Assembly (NCBI GenBank): GCA_036679645.1
Contig: JAZDCY010000068.1
Span: forward strand, 17,715 to 81,714
Direction: 5' to 3'
From: Gemmatimonadota bacterium
GTDB taxonomy: Bacteria; Gemmatimonadota; Gemmatimonadetes; Gemmatimonadales; GWC2-71-9
DNA: 64,000 nucleotides
The notes below the pieces were generated by a model. It had not been told where the DNA came from and made no database searches. It worked only from the letters and a program-made list of their open reading frames with translations. The position numbers and the translations under genes are program-made. Positions 39,600 to 48,694 of this stretch are shown here, piece after piece. The stretch's first letter is position 1; the number at the start of each line of letters is the position of its first letter.

Positions 39600-41837
39600 A
39601 TGATAGAAGCCTTCGACCGCCTCAAGACCGCGCTCTCCAACCGGTATGCGATTGACCGGGAGATCGGCGAGGGGGGGATGGCCATCGTCTATCTCGCAGA
39701 AGACCTCAGGCACGGCCGCCAGGTAGCCTTGAAGATCCTCCGCCCGACACTTGCGGCCACCCTCGGAACCGACCGTTTCGTGCGCGAGATCGGGATCGCC
39801 GCGCGCCTCACGCATCCTCATATCCTGCCCGTCCATGACTCCGGGGTGGCTGATGGCGTCTTCTACTACGTCATGCCTTACATCGAAGGTGAGTCGCTGC
39901 AAGAGCGACTCGAGCGGGAGACCCAGCTTCCGCTGGACGACGCGCTGCGGATCGTGCGTGACGTGGCCGATGCCCTGACCTACGCGCACGACCAACAGGT
40001 TCTTCACCGCGACGTCAAGCCGGCGAACATTCTCCTGTCCGGTGGGCACGCCGTGGTCACCGACTTTGGGATCGCTCGAGCGATCGAGTATGCGGACCAC
40101 AAGGTCATCACCGAGGCGGGGGCGGTGATCGGAACGCCGGCGTACATGAGCCCCGAGCAGGCGAGTGGCGAGGAGGAACTCGATCGCCGCAGCGATATCT
40201 ACTCGCTCGGCTGTGTGTTCTATGAGATGTTGGCCGGCAAGCCGCCGTTCGAGGGTCCCACCCCACTCTCGACCCTGCTCCAGTCGATCGGCGACCCAGT
40301 ACCGCCGCTGCGGCACCTTCGGCCCACGATCCCCGGCCATGTAGACGCGACCTGTGCAAGGGCGCTGGCGAAGCTCCCCGCCGACCGGTTTGCGACAGCA
40401 GCCGCGTTCGTCGAGGCACTCGGAACGCCCGGCGCCGTGGCGCCGGTCTCCGAGCCGACGTCCATCGCTGTCCTGCCCTTCGTCAACATGAGTGCGGATC
40501 CCGAGGCCGAGTACCTCTGCGACGGCATTACCGAGGAGATCATCATCGCGCTCTCACAGCTCGACGACTTCCGCGTGGCAGCGCGGACCTCCTCGTTCTC
40601 GTTCAAAGGCAAATCGCCAAGTCTCGCCGAGTTGCGCGAGAAGCTGAACGTGAAGACCGTGCTCTCGGGGAGTGTCCGCAAGGCCGGAAATCGGTTACGC
40701 GTGGTAGCCCAGCTCGTGGGCGTTGACGACGGCTACCACCTGTGGTCGGAGCGGTACGATCGTGAAATGCAGGACGTCTTCGCGATCCAGGACGATATTG
40801 CGGGGGCCATCGTCGCGACCTCCAAAGGCCACGTGGCAGCCGAGAAGTACGCAGGGTCGGTACGGCGCTACACCGCTAATGTCGAGGCGTACGAACTCTA
40901 CCTGAAGGGACGCTACGTCGAGAAGACGAGACGTCGTTCAGGATTCACGAAAGGGATCGAGTACTTCGATCGAGCCATCGAGAGGGATCCGGAATACGCC
41001 CTCGCATATGCCGGTCTTGCCGACACGTACAGCCTGCTGGCATGGTACCGCTTTCTTCCACCGCGCGAGGCGTTCGGCAAAGCGCGGTCCGCTGCTCAGC
41101 GGGCGCTGGAAATCGACGACACACTTCCGGAGGCTCACACCTCGGTGGGCGTCGTGCAGTTCTACCATGATTGGGACTGGCGAGGTGCCGAACGCGCGTA
41201 TCGCAGGGCCCTCGAGCTCAATCCGAACGATGCCACCGCCCTGCACAGCTACGCCGAGTGCCTCGCGGCGCAAGGATGCCTGGAGGAAAGCCGGGCGCTG
41301 ATCCAGCGTGCGCATCAACTCGAGCCGCTCTCGCTGACGGTCAACGCAGGTCTCGGCTGGATACACTTCTTCAGCCGCAATTTCGATCTCGCCATCGAGC
41401 ATCTCGAAAAGACGATCGACATGGACCCGGAGTACGTGTTTCTGAACTGGTTCCTGGGACAGGCGTACTTGATGGCGGGACACGAGGAGCGCTCGATCGC
41501 TTCGTTTCGAGAAGGGTTTGAGCGCTCGGCGGAACACCCGGGAATGGCCGCGTACCTCGCCTACGCGTACGCGCGGTCGGGAAGGCCCGAAGAAGCGAAG
41601 CGGATCTTCCGCGATCTGACACAACAGGCAAAACGAACCTACGTGCCGGCAGACTACTTCTGTGTGGTTTGCATGGGTCTGGGTCACACCGACGAAGCTT
41701 TCGACTGGCTGATCAAGGCGACCGAAGAGCGGGCGCTGCACATGGCCTTTCTGGGTGTCGATCCGCTGTTCGATAGCCTGCGCTCAGACCAACGATTCAC
41801 TAGGGTCCTTGAAACGATTGGATTGAAAACGGGGTAG
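39600..41837 (+). CDS. Ser/Thr protein kinase with TolB-like and TPR domains
   Basis: GEGGMAIV, VALK, HRDVKPAN, DFG, GTPAYMSPE; SIAVLPFVNMS; TPR-like repeats. Confidence 0.95.
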   Translation: MIEAFDRLKTALSNRYAIDREIGEGGMAIVYLAEDLRHGRQVALKILRPTLAATLGTDRFVREIGIAARLTHPHILPVHDSGVADGVFYYVMPYIEGESLQERLERETQLPLDDALRIVRDVADALTYAHDQQVLHRDVKPANILLSGGHAVVTDFGIARAIEYADHKVITEAGAVIGTPAYMSPEQASGEEELDRRSDIYSLGCVFYEMLAGKPPFEGPTPLSTLLQSIGDPVPPLRHLRPTIPGHVDATCARALAKLPADRFATAAAFVEALGTPGAVAPVSEPTSIAVLPFVNMSADPEAEYLCDGITEEIIIALSQLDDFRVAARTSSFSFKGKSPSLAELREKLNVKTVLSGSVRKAGNRLRVVAQLVGVDDGYHLWSERYDREMQDVFAIQDDIAGAIVATSKGHVAAEKYAGSVRRYTANVEAYELYLKGRYVEKTRRRSGFTKGIEYFDRAIERDPEYALAYAGLADTYSLLAWYRFLPPREAFGKARSAAQRALEIDDTLPEAHTSVGVVQFYHDWDWRGAERAYRRALELNPNDATALHSYAECLAAQGCLEESRALIQRAHQLEPLSLTVNAGLGWIHFFSRNFDLAIEHLEKTIDMDPEYVFLNWFLGQAYLMAGHEERSIASFREGFERSAEHPGMAAYLAYAYARSGRPEEAKRIFRDLTQQAKRTYVPADYFCVVCMGLGHTDEAFDWLIKATEERALHMAFLGVDPLFDSLRSDQRFTRVLETIGLKTG

Positions 41838-41885
41838 CGGATCCCGAGAATGGGGACTCTGGTCCGACGAAACCAACCGGGGCAC

Positions 41886-41999
41886 GTGAGCCGCTGGCGT
41901 CGCCCGGCGCTGCGATTCTCTCGTGCCCCACATCCTGCCCAGCACTTGCCAAGCAGTGGCTTGGATGGAGATTTCGTAACGGCACATCTTGACTCTAGC
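41886..41999 (+). repeat. ~115-bp intergenic direct repeat, copy 2
   Basis: Near-identical to 39379..39494; ends immediately before the dodecin RBS. Confidence 0.9.
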
Positions 42000-42010
42000 A
42001 GGAGGGCAGA

Positions 42011-42226
42011 ATGGGAGAGAGCGTCTACAAAGTCATCGAACTGGTCGGAACCAGCTCCGAATCGTGGGAGAAGGCGGCTGCGGCGGCCGTGGAGAGGGCC
42101 GGAAAGAGCCTGCGCGATCTGCGAGTGGCCGAAGTCACGAAACTCGACGTCCAGCTCGAGGACGGCAAGGTCCAGCACTACCGCGCCAAGGTAAAGGTGT
42201 CTTTCAAGTTCGAGGGCAGCGAGTGA
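42011..42226 (+). CDS. dodecin family protein
   Basis: SVYKVIELVGTS..SWE.A...AV..A.KSLRDLR.AEV...YR.KVKVSFK; AGGAGG RBS. Confidence 0.92.
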   Translation: MGESVYKVIELVGTSSESWEKAAAAAVERAGKSLRDLRVAEVTKLDVQLEDGKVQHYRAKVKVSFKFEGSE

Positions 42227-42233
42227 AGTTGGC

Positions 42234-43061
42234 CTACCGCCCGAAGTTCCCGTCGTAGAGCGCCGCCAGCTTCTTCATCGTATCACTGTAGTTTCCGGAC
42301 GCGTCGGCCACCTTCAGAGCTGCGAGCATCTCCATCGGTACGATGGTGCGACTGAAGGTGTCCGACAGCGGCTGGCTCCCGCGTTGTCGAGCGCTCAATC
42401 GTTGCACGTGGGCTGAAAGGTCAGGATTCGCCGCGGCCTTGACCGCCAATGTCACGACACGATCCAGCGGAAGCCCCGCCTCTACGCCCAAAGCCAGCGC
42501 ACGACACAACCTCCCCAACACGAATTTCCGCCTCCGCCCGTAACGTCGCGCGACACCCAGCAGTACTGTACCGCCGAACGCAAAGGCGAGCACGAGTTCC
42601 GTGATGACGGTGAGGACGTAGAGTGTAGCGTTACCGAAGAAGAGAATGGGAAACGGTGCAATGAAGCTAGCGGCCACCGCGTTCATCATTGGATACGCCA
42701 GCATCCGCTTGATGGCCATGACCGTCCGATGCTCGGCCGTGAAGTAGTCGCCCAGCAGCTTGAAGGTCTCCTCGAGCTGGCCCGCCTCGTCCCCAAGCTC
42801 GATCAGTGCCGCTTCGAACGGCGCGAAGAGTGTGGGACGCGCTCGTACCAGCGATTGGAGGGATTCGCGCCGTCGCGTGCCTTGGAGGAGGAACTCTCGC
42901 AGCGACTGCACCGTTCGTGAGCGTCGGAAATCCCCTGCGGCTTCGAGCGCCGCGGGGTGCGACAACCCGGCGCTGTACCCGGCATACCACATCCGGTACA
43001 ACTCGGCCTTGTAGCGCGCCACATCGAACTCGTTCCACGCACGCGTTAGTGAGAGAGGCAT
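42234..43061 (-). CDS. type II secretion system F / PilC-like membrane protein
   Basis: F.PFE.ALI..GDEAGQLE..F..L..YF...MLAYP; second repeat L....EAGLPL...A.ASG; no neighbouring pilus/T2SS genes. Confidence 0.75.
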   Translation of the reverse strand: MPLSLTRAWNEFDVARYKAELYRMWYAGYSAGLSHPAALEAAGDFRRSRTVQSLREFLLQGTRRRESLQSLVRARPTLFAPFEAALIELGDEAGQLEETFKLLGDYFTAEHRTVMAIKRMLAYPMMNAVAASFIAPFPILFFGNATLYVLTVITELVLAFAFGGTVLLGVARRYGRRRKFVLGRLCRALALGVEAGLPLDRVVTLAVKAAANPDLSAHVQRLSARQRGSQPLSDTFSRTIVPMEMLAALKVADASGNYSDTMKKLAALYDGNFGR

Positions 43062-43081
43062 TCGGAGTCAGATAAGAACAT

Positions 43082-43119
43082 CCCCTCTCCACGAAGTGGA
43101 GAGGGGGCAGGGGGTGAGG
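43082..43119. repeat. REP-like hairpin
   Basis: CCCCTCTCCAC-GAA-GTGGAGAGGGG followed by GCAGGGGGTGAGG. Confidence 0.6.
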
Positions 43120-45501
43120 TTACGGCACCAACGTCCGTTGCCGCTTCTTCAGAATGAAGAGCCCTTCCCTGCTGCTCGTAACCACAATCACTCCGCTCTC
43201 GAAAAAGGGATAGTTGCTCCACGACCCACCGCCCGCACCCTCGAACGGTACCGTGTCGAAGAACGCCACCTCGACAGGGTTGACCGGATCGCCAATGTCC
43301 AACACCCGCAGACCGTCCACGTAGTTGGACTGATACATGTAGCGGCCACGAATGTAGAGGTTGTGATCGGTCGACTCACCAACACCGAAGTGCTCCTTGA
43401 CGAGGATCGGATCGTCGAGATCGGCCACATCCCACACGAGCGTGCGCGTGTGATCGACCAGCCCGCGGGGCTCGTCGCCTTCATCGTTCATATAGAAGTA
43501 GCGCTGATCCTCGGTGAGCCAGCCCTGGTGGGAATACGCGACGTTGGGATAGTCCGCGGTAGAAATACCGACGGGGCTGTCCTTGTCCGTTACGTCCGCG
43601 ATGCTGAGCGCCGTCTCGTTTGAGCCGAAACAGATCTCCCGACCGCTATACTGCGAGTCCGGCCCATGGTAGACCACGCACTGCCCGTCGTGCGTATAAC
43701 CCGTACCCCGGCGCCCCGTGCCCTCGTGCGCGAAACATCCGGCGAACGTGGGGTTCTGCGGATCGCGGATATCGATCATGTGGTAGCCGCCACCGCACGT
43801 TTCACCGCCGCCACTGCTCCCGACCGAATAGGCGAAACCGGTCTCTTCGTTGATCACGATGTTATGCGCCGACGCGATGCCATCGTAGTGCACCGTCTCT
43901 TCGAACTCCACCGGCGCCCCGCGCACGTCGCGCAGTTGCCTTAAATCGAAGACCTGCATCCCGTGTGGACCTGCGCCGTCGGAGACGATGAATACGTGAT
44001 CCTTGTAGACCTTCATGTCCCGCCAGACACTCATGCGGGCGCCATCCGTCATGGCCAGGTTGCCGACGTAGACGGGGTTACCGGCATCGGTCACGTCGAC
44101 GAAGGCCGTCCCGTCGACGCGACCCACGATGGCATACTCCCGTCCGTTCTCGGGATCTGTCCAGCCCCAGACATCGTTCATGCGCACGCCGCGTCCACCA
44201 CCGATATCGGACACGGGGAGAAAGGATACTATGTCTACCTCGCTGCAATTCCAGGCTGCCGCCGAACCATCATCACAGTCGACTTGTCCCTCGGTGATGG
44301 CGTCGAATCCGGTCACCTCGCTCCACACCGTGCTCACCCGACGCCAGTGCCCGTCAGTACGCTCGTAGATTGCCGTCGTGCCTTCGCCGAAGTCATCACC
44401 GGGAACGCCTACCACCGCGAGATCTCCACGAACCGCAAGTGCGCCACCGAAGCCATCGCGTCGGCTGGGATCTTCGCCTCGGAGAGGATGTGACATCGTG
44501 AGTTGACCGGCGTCGTCACGCCCGAACACATAGATCTGTCCGGTGAAGTTCGACGCGCTCGGCGCACCAACCCAGATGGCGTTGCCGTCTAGCGCCAGCG
44601 CGCTGCCAAACTCGTATCGTTGCTGACCATCGAACGGCAGCAGTCGTCCCGCGAAGCTCCAGTCTCCGTCATCCAGCTCGTAGCGGTAGACCGCACCGGT
44701 ACGGTTCGCGGCGTTGGGGGCGCCCACTAACAGCTCGCCGTCACTGAGGAGCAACGTGCTCCCGTATTGGTTGCCCCGATCATCCCCGGGGGCCGCGAGC
44801 TTCGTGACTTCCTCCCACGTTCCAGATGCAGCGTCCCGCTGAAAGACGTACACGACGCCATTGAGGCTGTCTCGAGCGGGTGCACCAGTTGCCATCCAAT
44901 CACCGCGCACCGAAACGGATATTCCGAACAGACGGCCGGCCGTGGCATCGCTCGCCTCGAGTTTGCCCACCTGAGTCCAGGTGTCACCGCGTAGCTGGAA
45001 CACGTAAACAGCTCCGGCGAGCTCGTTCGCCCCGGCCGCGCTAACGAGCGCGAGATCACCGCGCAGAGCAACCGCCCGACCAAGGGCGTCGCCGGCCAGA
45101 CGGTCGTCGGCTATGAGGCGCGCGGTCTGGCGCCATCCATCATCCGTTCGCTCGAAGATGTATGCGGCGCCTCGCGAGCTGTCGGTCCTGGTCGCTCCCA
45201 CGAGCAGCCGGCCGCCCTCGATGGCAAGTGCACGACCGAAGCGGTTGTCTCGCTCAGGGTCCGACGGGACGAGCTGTGCGGACTCGATCCACGTCCCGTC
45301 CGCACCGCGTCCGAACACATAGAGCATGCCCGATTTGTGCGGGTTGTTGGGCTCGGCCACGATGACCTCGTGCTCGCCAATCACCACTGTCCCACCAAAG
45401 GCGACCTTGGCAAGCCCACCGGCGGACTCGGGGAGCGAGGTCTGCGCCAGCGCCGGCGCGGCGAACAACATCATTGCGGTGGTCGATAGAAACGCCTTCA
45501 T
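43120..45501 (-). CDS. choice-of-anchor B family secreted protein with FG-GAP repeats
   Basis: Signal peptide; repeated FG..LA..G..LLVGA...GA.YVF; NDVWGWTDP, WRDMKVY, AHNIVINE, HQGWL, DHNLY, WSNYPFF.SG. Confidence 0.88.
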   Translation of the reverse strand: MKAFLSTTAMMLFAAPALAQTSLPESAGGLAKVAFGGTVVIGEHEVIVAEPNNPHKSGMLYVFGRGADGTWIESAQLVPSDPERDNRFGRALAIEGGRLLVGATRTDSSRGAAYIFERTDDGWRQTARLIADDRLAGDALGRAVALRGDLALVSAAGANELAGAVYVFQLRGDTWTQVGKLEASDATAGRLFGISVSVRGDWMATGAPARDSLNGVVYVFQRDAASGTWEEVTKLAAPGDDRGNQYGSTLLLSDGELLVGAPNAANRTGAVYRYELDDGDWSFAGRLLPFDGQQRYEFGSALALDGNAIWVGAPSASNFTGQIYVFGRDDAGQLTMSHPLRGEDPSRRDGFGGALAVRGDLAVVGVPGDDFGEGTTAIYERTDGHWRRVSTVWSEVTGFDAITEGQVDCDDGSAAAWNCSEVDIVSFLPVSDIGGGRGVRMNDVWGWTDPENGREYAIVGRVDGTAFVDVTDAGNPVYVGNLAMTDGARMSVWRDMKVYKDHVFIVSDGAGPHGMQVFDLRQLRDVRGAPVEFEETVHYDGIASAHNIVINEETGFAYSVGSSGGGETCGGGYHMIDIRDPQNPTFAGCFAHEGTGRRGTGYTHDGQCVVYHGPDSQYSGREICFGSNETALSIADVTDKDSPVGISTADYPNVAYSHQGWLTEDQRYFYMNDEGDEPRGLVDHTRTLVWDVADLDDPILVKEHFGVGESTDHNLYIRGRYMYQSNYVDGLRVLDIGDPVNPVEVAFFDTVPFEGAGGGSWSNYPFFESGVIVVTSSREGLFILKKRQRTLVP

Positions 45502-45607
45502 GTCACGGCCTCGGACGGATAGGGAATTCTTGCGAATGGGAAAGATACACGCATGGCCCGCGTCGTCGACTCTCCCGCTCGTTCGCCCACGGAGAGCTAG
45601 CCGGCCA

Positions 45608-46921
45608 CTAGGCTCCCCGCCGTACCGCTCGTGCACAGAGCGGCATCAGGTAGAGGACGCTCGCCACCCGTCCAATCAGAAACGCCGCCATCGCGCTTGT
45701 CACACCGGCCCAACCGAACGAAGCGCTCAATACGGTGAACGCCAACGCGACCACACCCACCTCGATCGCCGTTGCCAAGGTGATCGGTCTGGTGCGATGC
45801 GCCGTTACCAGAATGGCCTGCTGCAGCGACTTGAGCACAGAGAGGCCGGGGATTGGAATCAGGAGGATGGTCGGAAGCAGCGCGAACCGGGTTAGCTCCG
45901 CACTCAATCCGGAGATCGACTGGAACCACACGATGGCCAATGGCGTGAGCGCCACGATGCCGAGCCCCGCTGACGCGCCGAGTCCCAGCATGAACGCGAA
46001 CCGGCCGACCTCGCGCGCGTGCTCGAAGCGTTTCCCCATCAGCGCAATCGCGGCCTCCTGATACGAAAGGCCGAGCGCCCGGAAGATGAACGACAGCGCG
46101 TGCACGACGGGGAACACGGCCAGCGACTCCACCGGCGACGGCGCGCGACCCATGAAGAAAGTGAGCATCGGCTGGAGCGTGAGCCCGATGAACGAGGTCA
46201 GCGCGAGCGGATAGTAGAACCGGAGTATACGACCATAGGTGGGAACACGTGGGTCAGCCGCCGGTCGGTCGAGGACGCGTGCGATCGACCCGCGCGCCAT
46301 GACGCGACTGACGATCGCCTCCATGACGACTCCCACAGTCAACGCCGCCGCTCCAACGTAGACACCGGGTGGTGCGATCGTGAGATAGAGCGCGATCCCG
46401 GTCGCAGCCATCGTGGAGACGCGCAACACCGTGCCGTACGCCACCAGCCGCGTTCGACCATCGCGAATCAACAGTCCCTGGTAGAACCGGCGGTACCCGA
46501 TAGCGCTGGGCCACGGGAGGAGCAGCCACAACGCGCCATAGGTGAGCCGCACAACTTCGTCCGGGAGTGCGATGAGATCGTGCATCACGACGCGGTAGAT
46601 GGGCGGGATGAGGAACAGCAACATCCCCACGGTCACTACGGCGTTGAGTCCAAAGGCAAAGCGTCGCAGACGGAGAAAGCTGACGTCGTCCTCGGCAAGC
46701 GCGGTGGACGCGCTCATCATCATGATCACAGGCGCTTCGACGAGAAGCGCAAAGGCGAACGCCACCCCGTACGCCGCAAGATTGAAGGTGGGATCCGCCA
46801 ATCGCGCGATGATCGCCGCGAGGAACGGCCCCTCGACGGACATCATGAGCCAAGTGGCGGCGAGCGGCACCCAGAACCTGAAGATGGAGCGCTGCGACCG
46901 AACCGGGTTCCCGGACCCCAT
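45608..46921 (-). CDS. multi-pass membrane protein, MATE/MOP-flippase-like
   Basis: About 12 hydrophobic segments in two similar halves (IFRFWVPLA / ILRFYYPLA). Confidence 0.7.
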   Translation of the reverse strand: MGSGNPVRSQRSIFRFWVPLAATWLMMSVEGPFLAAIIARLADPTFNLAAYGVAFAFALLVEAPVIMMMSASTALAEDDVSFLRLRRFAFGLNAVVTVGMLLFLIPPIYRVVMHDLIALPDEVVRLTYGALWLLLPWPSAIGYRRFYQGLLIRDGRTRLVAYGTVLRVSTMAATGIALYLTIAPPGVYVGAAALTVGVVMEAIVSRVMARGSIARVLDRPAADPRVPTYGRILRFYYPLALTSFIGLTLQPMLTFFMGRAPSPVESLAVFPVVHALSFIFRALGLSYQEAAIALMGKRFEHAREVGRFAFMLGLGASAGLGIVALTPLAIVWFQSISGLSAELTRFALLPTILLIPIPGLSVLKSLQQAILVTAHRTRPITLATAIEVGVVALAFTVLSASFGWAGVTSAMAAFLIGRVASVLYLMPLCARAVRRGA

Positions 46922-46944
46922 CAGGAGACCCACCTATGGCAACA

Positions 46945-46986
46945 CAATCTGCAATCAGTAATCTCCAATCAGTAATCTCAAATCTA
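46945..46986. repeat. heptamer tandem array A, six units
   Basis: CAATCTG CAATCAG TAATCTC CAATCAG TAATCTC AAATCTA. Confidence 0.85.
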
Positions 46987-47572
46987 CCGGGCGTCGCATC
47001 TCCCCACTTAGCCCGCTATACGTGCTCACTGATACGTGAGGTCCAAGCGGAGGCATGCCCGCTAAGATCTCTTCGGCAACCAGGCTACTTCGAGGTTTGT
47101 TCGGTCGTGGTGTGGCCACGTCGAGACGGTACACGCCAGGTGGCGAGTGGTCTCAACAGTGGGCCGGGGTGTCGGAAAGGGAGGCGTCCGCAGTTTGGGA
47201 CGCCGCTTTGGGCGCGCTAGGCGCTCTTGCGGAGTGGGAGGACATTCTCGGCATGTTGGCTAACCATTGGCCGGTCAACACCATGCGCGGGACAGTAATA
47301 CGGCAGCGGCCAGTATTCTGGCGTCCCAAACTCCTCGTGTGACAGCGTGCAGCCGCAGTTGTAAGTGACCCGCATGACTCCCCTCCCAAGGGCGTAGAAG
47401 GCCGGCCTGGGATGAGTATCGGCATATCCTGTGCCAAAACTGACCAGTGGGAACGCACCTGCTAGCCACTCCGTTCCTTGAACAGGGACGTGATAGCGAG
47501 ACGGGCATCGATCGCCAAAGCGACTACCGTTGTCCGTCTCCAATCGCAGGTCCATGCTCGAGGAGGTGCCAG

Positions 47573-48634
47573 ATGACGGACGGGGATCGGGCCGGTGGCG
47601 CGCGACGCCCAACGGAGATCAGACTCACCACGATCAGCGCGATAGTCCTGCTGGCGATGCTTCCCCGGGCAGCTAGTGGACAGACAAATACCGTTACTCC
47701 ACCGCCCATGAGCGGTCATCCGGTCACCATCGAGACAATCCGGCCGGCCGATGTGCTCGCACGGGTCGAGCTCTTGCGGGATGATCTCGAGCGAATCCGT
47801 TTCGAGATGGGTCAGCCGCGAGCGCGGCCCTCGACCTTCGCAGTAACGGATGCGTCGCCTCGTGAGGTCATGTATCAGGCGTTTACGTTGGATCTGAAAG
47901 CCGGTCAGCTGCTGTTCGAGCTAACTGGCGCACGGGAGACGGCAACGCTGCTCGACCAGCCTCTCGATGTGAAGCCTTTGCATGTGTGGAACATCATTGA
48001 TCGCGCTTACGGCCGAACGCTCGCCGCAAAACGCATACTAGCCATCGCCGAGCCGTCTGCAGAAAGAACTCAGGACACTTCCGCCTCGCCGACAGACGTG
48101 TTCATCGCAATCCAACAAGCCAACAGGCAGTTCGATCAGTTGCTGAAGCAGCGGTTGTCCGCACGTGACGTATTCCACCAGGTGCAGCAGGCCACGCACT
48201 ACGCCGCCCGGCTGATCGGACAGTTTCCCGGCGCTACGGTCATGCCGGTGGTCCCCGCGTTTGAGCGTGGTAAGCGGCCGGTCGACGTGTACAACCGCTT
48301 AGTCGAGTCCTACGACCTCCTCCGCCGCATTGCCGACCGGTCCGGCCGCGAGACTCTGCACCTGCGTGTCTCCCGATTGAATGCCAGCGTTGATGATCCT
48401 GCGCAAGTGTCACCAAGCGAGGCATATAACGTCGCGGTGCTCGTCGTTTCGGAGCTGGCGTACCTGCACCAGGCGCTCGGCTACGAGACGGCACCGCCAG
48501 CGGCACGCGCGTTCGGCTTCAAGCTCCCGGCCGATGTCTACCAGCAGGCCGGGTTGTTGTTGATCCAGCTCACGGACCTCGACGCGCGCGTGGATAACCG
48601 TCCACAGTGGTTGGAGAATGCCGCCAACCGATGA
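47573..48634 (+). CDS. hypothetical secreted helical-repeat protein
   Basis: GAGGAGG RBS, signal-like ISAIVLLAMLPRAASG, eight recurring [ST/K]P.[DE]V[FY]-led helices. Confidence 0.7.
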   Translation: MTDGDRAGGARRPTEIRLTTISAIVLLAMLPRAASGQTNTVTPPPMSGHPVTIETIRPADVLARVELLRDDLERIRFEMGQPRARPSTFAVTDASPREVMYQAFTLDLKAGQLLFELTGARETATLLDQPLDVKPLHVWNIIDRAYGRTLAAKRILAIAEPSAERTQDTSASPTDVFIAIQQANRQFDQLLKQRLSARDVFHQVQQATHYAARLIGQFPGATVMPVVPAFERGKRPVDVYNRLVESYDLLRRIADRSGRETLHLRVSRLNASVDDPAQVSPSEAYNVAVLVVSELAYLHQALGYETAPPAARAFGFKLPADVYQQAGLLLIQLTDLDARVDNRPQWLENAANR

Positions 48635-48694
48635 CGCCAAGGGGTCACCCGCTGACTCCTTGGGCCTGCGGGCGTTCAGATCGGTTCCCGTGAG

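Noticed and set aside
39379..41999. integron attC sites flanking a cassette
   Set aside because: No RYYYAAC/GTTRRRY core pair at the repeat ends, no long terminal self-complementarity, no integrase.
47055..47342. short ORF between the membrane protein and the repeat protein
   Set aside because: No RBS, motif or family resemblance that I can support.
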